Assembly: GCA_964247755.1 (NCBI GenBank)
Contig: CAXTVX010000006.1
Span: 8,022-72,021, forward strand
Source: an uncultured Acetobacteraceae bacterium
Lineage (GTDB): Bacteria; Pseudomonadota; Alphaproteobacteria; Acetobacterales; Acetobacteraceae
DNA length: 64,000 nt
Direction of reading: 5' to 3'
Shown: positions 53,279 to 60,196 of the stretch, piece after piece
How the letters are laid out: every line of letters starts with the position of its first letter
Position numbering within the stretch: the stretch's first letter is position 1
The notes under the pieces: generated by a model
Seen by the model: the letters and a program-made list of their open reading frames with translations, nothing else
What the model was told of the DNA's origin: nothing
Database searches by the model: none
Made by a program: the position numbers and the translations under genes

Positions 53279-53746
53279 ATGCCAGAGCCGTCGCCCCAGA
53301 CCCCGCCGGACTTCAACATCAAGCCGCCGGCGGATGCCCTGCCGCAGCAGCCGGCACCGGTCGCGCCGACGCCCGGCGCGATCCAGCCGGGTACGCCGAT
53401 CAGCGCCGCCGGCCTGCCGGGCGACACCGGCCTGTCCAGCACCGGCGAGGTGATCGGCGTGGCGATCCTGCTGCTGCTGGCGGTCGCGATCTTCCTCGTC
53501 CGCGGCGCGGTGCGCAGCCACCTGATCGCGCAGCGTGCCTCGCCCTCGGCTGCCGGCAGCGCCGGCTGGGCGCTGTTCGCGTTCCTGCTGTCGCTGTCGG
53601 TGCTGATCGTGTTCGGCCTGCTCGGCGACCTGTGGGGGGCGCTCGCCTTCGTGCTGCCGCTGCTGCTGCTGGTCGTGGTGACGCTGGTGCTGTTCGTGCT
53701 GCTCTACCGTTCCGCCGCGCGCGGCCATGCGCCGCGACGGCGCTGA
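53279..53746 (+). CDS. Pro-rich 3-TM membrane protein
   Basis: About 55-aa Pro-rich N-terminus then three hydrophobic helices; ATG 53279 after AGGA. Confidence 0.8.
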   Translation: MPEPSPQTPPDFNIKPPADALPQQPAPVAPTPGAIQPGTPISAAGLPGDTGLSSTGEVIGVAILLLLAVAIFLVRGAVRSHLIAQRASPSAAGSAGWALFAFLLSLSVLIVFGLLGDLWGALAFVLPLLLLVVVTLVLFVLLYRSAARGHAPRRR

Positions 53747-53760
53747 GGAACACACTGCCC

Positions 53761-56700
53761 ATGTCCAGCACCCAAGCGACGACGCTTCCCGACGCCGAGC
53801 GCGCCAACTCCGATCGTCCGGCGGCAAGGCGGGTGCAGCCGACCCTGTTCGTGGGCCTCGGCGGCACCGGCATGCAGATCCTGCTGCGCCTGCGCCGGCG
53901 CATCCTCGCCGGCGACTGGAACGGACGCCGGATCGACGACCTCGCCCGCTTCCCGATCGCCTCGTTCGTCTACTTCGACACCGACCTGCGTACCGCGATC
54001 GAAAGCGACCGGCAGCAGGCGACCGACCCGCTGGCCCGCCTGGTGGCGTTCCGCGAGAACGAGCGGCTGCAGCACGCGGTCGACGTCAAGCGCTACATGA
54101 AGGACATCGACCGCTATCCGCTGATCGCGGACTGGCTGCCCGTGGCCGACTTCTCGCTGATCAACACCGAGAAGGGTGCCGGCCAGGTGCGGGCGATCTC
54201 GCGGCTGCTGTTCTTCGACCAGTTCCGCAAGCTCACCGACCTGCTGCGCGAGCGCGCCGACGGGCTGCTGCGTTCGGTCGGTCGGCAGGACGACCTCGCG
54301 CATCTCAACCTCGAGATCGAGAACCGGCTGCGCGTGGTGGTGTGCTGCTCGGCCGCTGGCGGCACCGGCTCGGGCTCGTTCATCGACCTGGGCCTGGCGC
54401 TGCGCTCGCTGATCCACCCCAGCCCCACGGTGGAACTCGTGCTGCTGCTGCCCGGCGGCTACCACGAGCACCAGCGGCAGCGGGTGAACGCCAACGGCTA
54501 CGCGGCGCTGATGGAGCTCGAGCACGCGATGCGGCCGAATCCGCAGCCGCCCTTCGTGGAGGCGTGGGCCGAGCACCAGGGGCCGGCGGCGAACATCGCG
54601 CCGTACGACGACGTCTACCTGCTCGACACCCGCAACGTGCTCGACGACGGCCTCGATTCGGTCGAGGACCTGTACGACATGGCGGCCGACATCCTGTTCG
54701 AGGATTTCGGCGCCAGCGAGTTCGCCGCCGCCAAGCGCTCGATCGCGGTGAACCAGGCGCAGCACAAGATCGACAACTACGAGCCGCCGCTGCCGGCGCA
54801 TCTCGGCCGGCAGTCGCTGCGCTACAGCCAGCTGTTCTCCACCTTCGGCCAGGCGACCATCGACACCAAGAGCCGCGTGGCGGTGGATGCCGCGGCGGCG
54901 GTCGCGTCCAAGGCGATGCTCAAGGCGTACTTCAACGTCGCCCTGGAGGACTCCGGACGCCTGCCGACGCCGGCCGAGCGCGACGACTTCCTCCAGCGGC
55001 AGTTCTTCCTGCAGCCGAGCGCGTTCCACCACGTGCTGCCCGGTGCGGCCGACGCGTCGGCGATCAACGAGCCGTTCCTCCTCGACCGCCTGCTGGAGGA
55101 CGAGACCGGACAGTCGGTGCTGGGCGGGATCGACCGCGACCTGCTCGCCACCTACCAGTCGGAGGGCTTCCAGGCTGCCGACCCGCGCAACCTGCCGACC
55201 CTGGTGCTTCGCGAGTTCGAGCAGCGGCATGGCGACGTGATGGGCACCATCCGGCACAAGACCGGCTCCGGGCTTGCCGCCGACCGAATCCTCGCCACCC
55301 GGCAGCGGCTCACGTCGGAGCGGCGCGGCGCCGGCCCGGGAGGCCTGCGCGCGGTGCTGTACGACTACCTCGACCAGCGCGACCGCGGCGGCCTGGACTA
55401 CACCATCCGTCTGGTCGAGGACTCCAAGCTGCGGCTGGAAGCGGAGATCGCCCGGCTGGACGAGGTGGAGGCGCGTTATGCCGCCCGCGCCGGCGACACG
55501 CAGCACCGCTTCGAGCAGTCGCTGGACAACCTGCGGGAAGCGGTCAACCGCCGTTTCCCGTTCGGGCCGGACCGCCGCGCCGCCGAGCGCTACCTGGAGC
55601 ACCTGCGGACCGAGACCTCCTACTATCTCGCCATGCAGCTCCGCCGTCAGGCGGCGGTGGAGGCGCGCGCGTTCCTGCGCGAGATGTCGGAGGCGCTCGG
55701 CACGCGGCGCGGCCAGGACGCCGACGGCAACACGCTGTGGGACGGCGCCGTCGCCGAGCTGGTGCAGGGCCGCGTGCTGGTGCGCCACACGCTGGGCGAG
55801 TTCGACGCCGAGATCGCGCTGCTTCGCGACGCGGTGTCCCGGCGCGACGCCGGCACCTTCGTGGTGCTGCCCGAGGCGGATGCCGACGCGCGTGCCATGC
55901 TCAAGAGCGACCCGGCGGAGATCGAGCGCTGGGCGGCGGAGATGTTCCGCGACGAGGGCGGCTCGCGCACCTTGTTTCCCATCCTGCGCGACGACACGGG
56001 GCGCGCCCTGCTGCTCAACCGCCTGCGCGGCTTCGCCCGGGTGCAGCTCGCGCCGCGCGCGGAGGCGCTGCGCTCGGCGCAGTCGATCCTGCTCGACATG
56101 AGTGCGCGCGACCGCATCGCCCTGTTCGGCCGCGCCATGGTCCGCGCCATGCCCTGGCTCGACGCGTCGTTCGACCATCTCGGCGACAACTTCGCCATGG
56201 GCCCGCGCTACACCCTGCTGATCGCGGTGGACGATAAGGAAGCGTTCGAGCGCAACTTCCGCGCCGAGATCGAGCAGGTGGTGCCCACCGGTCGGCTCGG
56301 CATCGGGCCGCCGCAATATCTGAACTCGGGGCTTCGCGACCGCATCCTGATCTATTGCGAGCTGAGCGGCATCCCGCTCGACAGCATCGATCCGCTGCGC
56401 TCCGAATGGCGCGTCTCCTACCAGCTGGAGCAGAAGCGCCCGCTGCCGCTGCACACCCACCGGCAGAGCGAGCGCTTCCCCGACCCCGTCGTGCCGAGCA
56501 CGCGCGAGATCGAGGAGATGCGTCGCAACATGGGGCTGTTCCTGCGCGGCGTCGCGTACGGCATCCTTGCCCGTGGCGCCCGTCCCGGACAGCCGTACCA
56601 GATCGACCTCGGCGGCGGCGACTGGGGCGATGCCGGCACCGAGCGGATCATACGCGGCAGCGGCTTCTCCCGGCACCGCGACAAGGTGCAGACGCGGATC

Positions 56701-57366
56701 GAGGCGTTCGAGCGGGCCTGGAGCCCGATCCAGCTTCTCGCGGCCGCGGCGCTGGTCGCCTGGACCGGGGAGCGTGTCTACGCCGCGCGCCTGCAGCGCA
56801 TCGGCCCGACCCAGACCGACCGCATCCCCGGCCTGGTGCAGATCCTGGCGGCCGAGCTGTCGCGGCAGATGCGCGACCGCGCCGGCGCCATGGCCGGCGC
56901 GCCGGACGATCCGGACGCGCTGTATGGCCGGCTCCGCCGCACGATCCCGGACTGGACCGAGGCGCTGCCCGGCAGTGCCGCCGACGCCGATCCGCACGAC
57001 GCGAACACCGATCCGAACGACCAGCCCGAGGCGCGGGCGCAGGACAAGCGACGGATCGTCCCGGCTCGGTTCGCTACCGAGGCGCTGCAGCGGGTCGCGG
57101 CCGAGGCGCCCGCCGTCGCGCCGGGTGTGGTGTCGGAAACAGGCGTCATGCCGTCCTGGCACCTGTCGATCGCCAGGAGGCTGTCCGGCCCGTTCGGCCT
57201 GCCCCAGCTCGGGACGCTCGCTGCCGGGGGCACGCTGAAGGAGGGTACCAACGTCCGCCTGCTGGGCGGCACCACCTGGCAGCGCGTGCGCGACGTGCCG
57301 GTGCTGCTGGCGCTGCTGCGCGATACCCTGCCGGAGGACGAGGACGCGCTGCCGGATGACGAGTAG
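53761..57366 (+). CDS. Divergent tubulin/FtsZ-superfamily GTPase (Tubulin_2/FtsZl1-like), 1201 aa, with C-terminal GYF_2-like domain
   Basis: LFVGLGGTG, YFDTD, EKGAGQVRAISR, SAAGGTGSG, LLLP, NANGYAAL, YLLD; long helical middle; C-terminal WHL..RLSGPF..QL..L..GG......V...G...W. Confidence 0.85.
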   Translation: MSSTQATTLPDAERANSDRPAARRVQPTLFVGLGGTGMQILLRLRRRILAGDWNGRRIDDLARFPIASFVYFDTDLRTAIESDRQQATDPLARLVAFRENERLQHAVDVKRYMKDIDRYPLIADWLPVADFSLINTEKGAGQVRAISRLLFFDQFRKLTDLLRERADGLLRSVGRQDDLAHLNLEIENRLRVVVCCSAAGGTGSGSFIDLGLALRSLIHPSPTVELVLLLPGGYHEHQRQRVNANGYAALMELEHAMRPNPQPPFVEAWAEHQGPAANIAPYDDVYLLDTRNVLDDGLDSVEDLYDMAADILFEDFGASEFAAAKRSIAVNQAQHKIDNYEPPLPAHLGRQSLRYSQLFSTFGQATIDTKSRVAVDAAAAVASKAMLKAYFNVALEDSGRLPTPAERDDFLQRQFFLQPSAFHHVLPGAADASAINEPFLLDRLLEDETGQSVLGGIDRDLLATYQSEGFQAADPRNLPTLVLREFEQRHGDVMGTIRHKTGSGLAADRILATRQRLTSERRGAGPGGLRAVLYDYLDQRDRGGLDYTIRLVEDSKLRLEAEIARLDEVEARYAARAGDTQHRFEQSLDNLREAVNRRFPFGPDRRAAERYLEHLRTETSYYLAMQLRRQAAVEARAFLREMSEALGTRRGQDADGNTLWDGAVAELVQGRVLVRHTLGEFDAEIALLRDAVSRRDAGTFVVLPEADADARAMLKSDPAEIERWAAEMFRDEGGSRTLFPILRDDTGRALLLNRLRGFARVQLAPRAEALRSAQSILLDMSARDRIALFGRAMVRAMPWLDASFDHLGDNFAMGPRYTLLIAVDDKEAFERNFRAEIEQVVPTGRLGIGPPQYLNSGLRDRILIYCELSGIPLDSIDPLRSEWRVSYQLEQKRPLPLHTHRQSERFPDPVVPSTREIEEMRRNMGLFLRGVAYGILARGARPGQPYQIDLGGGDWGDAGTERIIRGSGFSRHRDKVQTRIEAFERAWSPIQLLAAAALVAWTGERVYAARLQRIGPTQTDRIPGLVQILAAELSRQMRDRAGAMAGAPDDPDALYGRLRRTIPDWTEALPGSAADADPHDANTDPNDQPEARAQDKRRIVPARFATEALQRVAAEAPAVAPGVVSETGVMPSWHLSIARRLSGPFGLPQLGTLAAGGTLKEGTNVRLLGGTTWQRVRDVPVLLALLRDTLPEDEDALPDDE

Positions 57367-57985
57367 GACCCGGCACGGCGGCTGGAGCGCCCTGCTGCTG
57401 CTGGCAGCCCTGCCCGGTTCCGCCAGTGCCCAAGCAATACCGCTGGAGCAGGCAGAGACTGTCGTGGCGACCAGGCTGCAGCAGGTGCTGGAAAACGCGC
57501 CGGCCGACCGGCCGGTGCCGTGGCGGGACGAGGCAAGCGGCCTGTCCGGCACGATCGTCGCAGCACCTGCGACCTTTTCCGGGCGCCCCTGCCGCGCGCT
57601 CCGCTACACCGTGCAGGGCGGCTCCGAGCTGCTGTCGGTCGAGGGCGAGCGCTGCCGCGAGCCGGGTGGGCAATGGGTGGCGGGCCGGTTCGCCGACCGG
57701 ATCGCCGAGACGCCGGCGGCCAACCCAATGATCCGCGACCTCCAGGGGGCGCTGCGGCGGCTCGCCTACTACCGCGGGGCGGTGGACGGCGTCGCATCGT
57801 CCACCCTGACCCGCGCCCTGCTCGCCTTCGAGCACGACGAGCAGGTGCTGCCCGATGCCGAGCCAAGTCCGGACCTGCTGGGGCTCGCCGACGCCGCGAT
57901 CGCGCGCATCCCGGCCGCCGGCTCCTGCACACCGGAGCAGCCGGTGCCGGACGGATGGTCGGCGGCGTGCGGCAGCACACGCTAG
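57356..57985 (+). CDS. Secreted protein: 17-kDa surface-antigen-like domain plus peptidoglycan-binding domain
   Basis: Signal peptide; LENAP..PVPW.D..SG.SG...PCR....CR.PGGQW; IRDLQGALRRLAYYRGAVDG...TRALLAFE. Confidence 0.72.
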   Translation: MTSRTRHGGWSALLLLAALPGSASAQAIPLEQAETVVATRLQQVLENAPADRPVPWRDEASGLSGTIVAAPATFSGRPCRALRYTVQGGSELLSVEGERCREPGGQWVAGRFADRIAETPAANPMIRDLQGALRRLAYYRGAVDGVASSTLTRALLAFEHDEQVLPDAEPSPDLLGLADAAIARIPAAGSCTPEQPVPDGWSAACGSTR

Positions 57986-59062
57986 ATGCCGGACGCACCA
58001 CCATGCCGGCGCTGCGGCGAGATCCTGCAGGCGCCGGTGTCCTTTTGTCCGTTCTGCGGCATGGCGCAGGCGGTGCCCGCCGCCGCTGCCCCGACACCCA
58101 TGCCACCGCCAACCATCGCCCCTGCCCCGCCGGCGCAGCCGATGCAGGCAGCCGCGCGGCAGCCGATCGTGCCACCCGTGGCCCCCACGCCGCCGCCATC
58201 ACCGCCGCCCCGCACGTCGCCAGGCGGCGCATCGCCGGTCCGGGTGGTCCCGGTGCCGTCCCGTCCGCCACGGCGCCAGCCGACGCCGGCCGCTCGTGCC
58301 GCCCGCGCCACCGCGATACGCAAGCTGGTGCTGGCCGGCATCATCCTGGCCTGCGCCGCGGTGCTCTGGCACCACCTGACTGTCGTGCCGCGCGGCACCC
58401 TGCTGGTGCATCTGACCCGCCCGGTGGACGGCACGGTGCTGGTCGACGGCAGCCCGTCCGGCGCTCCCGACCGGCCGATCCCGGTCGAGGCCGGCCGGCA
58501 CGAGGTCGGTTTCGCCGCCCCCGACTGGAGCACGCTCCCAGTTACGATCGCGCTGCGTGGCGGAAGCACGCGCACCGTGTCGCTGTCGCCCTCGCCACGC
58601 CGGGCCACGCTCGGGCTGGACAGCATCCCGCCCGGCGCCAGCCTGAGCGTGAACGGGCGCCGGATCGGGCATGCGCCCATGAGCCTGTCGCTGCCGCCCG
58701 GGTCCTATCGCCTTGGCGCGGAGCTGCCGGGCGTCGAGCCGGACCAGCAGCGTCTGACCCTGGCACCGGGAGAACGGCGCAGCCTCGGCCTGGTCCTGCA
58801 GCCGCTGCCGGTCCGGACCCTGCACCTGTCCGCGCCAGCCGGCGCCTGGAGCGACCCGGTGACGCTGCCGCCGCACGCGCACGTCACGGTGCTGTTCGGC
58901 GGCCCGATCCGGCTGCGGGTCGGCGGCCGGGTGGTGCTTCTGGACGGCGGCGCGCCGGCCAGCCTAGGGTCGCTCGATGGCGACGCGCTGTCGTTCACCG
59001 CCGTGGGCGGCGATCCGGTGCCGGTGCTCCTCCTCATTCGCAGCGTCGGCGCGCCCGGCTGA
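57986..59062 (+). CDS. Zn-ribbon / Pro-rich / TM / tandem PEGA-like protein
   Basis: CRRC..FCPFCG, Pro-rich linker, TM (LVLAGIILACAAVLW), two PEGA-like repeats (GTVLVDG; DSIPPGASLSVNG..IG.APM..LPPGSY). Confidence 0.8.
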   Translation: MPDAPPCRRCGEILQAPVSFCPFCGMAQAVPAAAAPTPMPPPTIAPAPPAQPMQAAARQPIVPPVAPTPPPSPPPRTSPGGASPVRVVPVPSRPPRRQPTPAARAARATAIRKLVLAGIILACAAVLWHHLTVVPRGTLLVHLTRPVDGTVLVDGSPSGAPDRPIPVEAGRHEVGFAAPDWSTLPVTIALRGGSTRTVSLSPSPRRATLGLDSIPPGASLSVNGRRIGHAPMSLSLPPGSYRLGAELPGVEPDQQRLTLAPGERRSLGLVLQPLPVRTLHLSAPAGAWSDPVTLPPHAHVTVLFGGPIRLRVGGRVVLLDGGAPASLGSLDGDALSFTAVGGDPVPVLLLIRSVGAPG

Positions 59063-59076
59063 TCGGCGCCTTCTTC

Positions 59077-60021
59077 ATGCATTCCGTGCTGTCCGTCCTG
59101 CTGCCGATCTTCGGCCTGATCCTGGCTGGCTACGCGTGCGGGCGCCGCGGCTGGCTCGGGGCCGGTGCCACCGACAGCCTCAACCGCTTCGTGGTGCGCC
59201 TGGCGCTGCCGGCCGAGCTGTTCGACACACTGGCGCGGGTGACGCGGGCGCAGATCGACCATCCGTCGTTCATCGCCGCCTTCGCTGGGGGCATGCTCCT
59301 CACCTTTGCCGTCGGCTTCGTGCTCGACTACCGGCGCCCGGTCGAGCGCGCGCACCGGCTGTCCGGCGCCACGATCGAGGGGCTGACCGCGGGCTACGCC
59401 AACACCGCCTTCATCGGCATCCCGCTCTGCCTCGGCGTGTTCGGCCCGGCCGGGCTGCCGCCGGTGGTGCTGGCGACCCTGCTGACCGTGTGCGCCCTGT
59501 TCGCGCTGGCGATCGGGCTGGTGGAGCTCGATGCGGAAGGCGGCCAGGGGGTCGGCCGCACCGTCCTGAAGGTCGCGGTGGCGCTGCTGCGCAACCCCCT
59601 GGTGGCGGCGCCGATCGCGGGCGCCCTGGTGAACCTGTCCGGGATCGGCCTCCCCGCGCCGGTGTCCCGCTTCACCAGCCTGCTCGGCGACGCCGCCAGT
59701 CCCTGCGCCCTCGTCACCATCGGCCTGTTCCTGGCGGAAACCGGCGGCCGGGCGGCCTCGCTGCCGGCGGTGATCCGGGTGGTCGCGGCCAAGCTGCTGT
59801 TGCAGCCGGCGCTGACCGCGCTGCTGGCGTTCCCGGTGTTCCGGCTCGAGCCGCTCTGGGCGCAGTCGGCGGTGCTGATCGCCGCCCTTCCGGTCGGCAC
59901 CGGGCCGTTCATGCTGGCCCGGCTCTACAACCGCGAGGCCGACGTCGCCAGCCGCGCCACTCTGGTCTCGACGCTGCTGTCCCTGGTGACAGTGTCGCTG
60001 CTGCTGGACTGGATCGGCTGA
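59077..60021 (+). CDS. AEC family transporter
   Basis: LLPIFGLILAGY, LNRFVVRLALPAELF, ANTAFIGIP, LLRNP, AKLLLQP; start at ATG 59077. Confidence 0.92.
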   Translation: MHSVLSVLLPIFGLILAGYACGRRGWLGAGATDSLNRFVVRLALPAELFDTLARVTRAQIDHPSFIAAFAGGMLLTFAVGFVLDYRRPVERAHRLSGATIEGLTAGYANTAFIGIPLCLGVFGPAGLPPVVLATLLTVCALFALAIGLVELDAEGGQGVGRTVLKVAVALLRNPLVAAPIAGALVNLSGIGLPAPVSRFTSLLGDAASPCALVTIGLFLAETGGRAASLPAVIRVVAAKLLLQPALTALLAFPVFRLEPLWAQSAVLIAALPVGTGPFMLARLYNREADVASRATLVSTLLSLVTVSLLLDWIG

Positions 60022-60196
60022 GGTCCGTCTTTTGGCGTCGTTTCGCGCGTATAAAGATTGCGTATCGAACTGAATTTGGCGTAATTATTAACGGTTCGGA
60101 AAGATTTCGACACACGGGACAGGTCAGGACGGCCGGACGCAGCGCCGCTGCCGGTCGTGACGATGCGCCCGTGTCCGCCCTGATCGGAGAAACCGC

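Noticed and set aside
53209-53760. ORF-track N-terminal extension making the tubulin protein 1385 aa
   Set aside because: It overlaps gene C entirely in another frame; ATG 53761 has an RBS (GAGGAA) and sits just before the T1 motif
53761-57366. Calling the tubulin-like gene ftsZ
   Set aside because: About three times longer, no T7 NxDFAD loop or FtsZ C-terminal peptide, and no dcw neighbours
53704-57552. 1282-aa antisense ORF over the tubulin gene (likewise 867-3908, 29985-33404, 14999-17197, 27702-30002 and others)
   Set aside because: Shadow ORFs typical of high-GC coding DNA, where stops are rare on the opposite strand; Arg/Ala/Gly/His-rich with no motifs, while the sense frame has clear family motifs
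60081-60102. TTAA-containing patch as a CtrA site
   Set aside because: Only one TTAA(C) half-site; no TTAA-N7-TTAA
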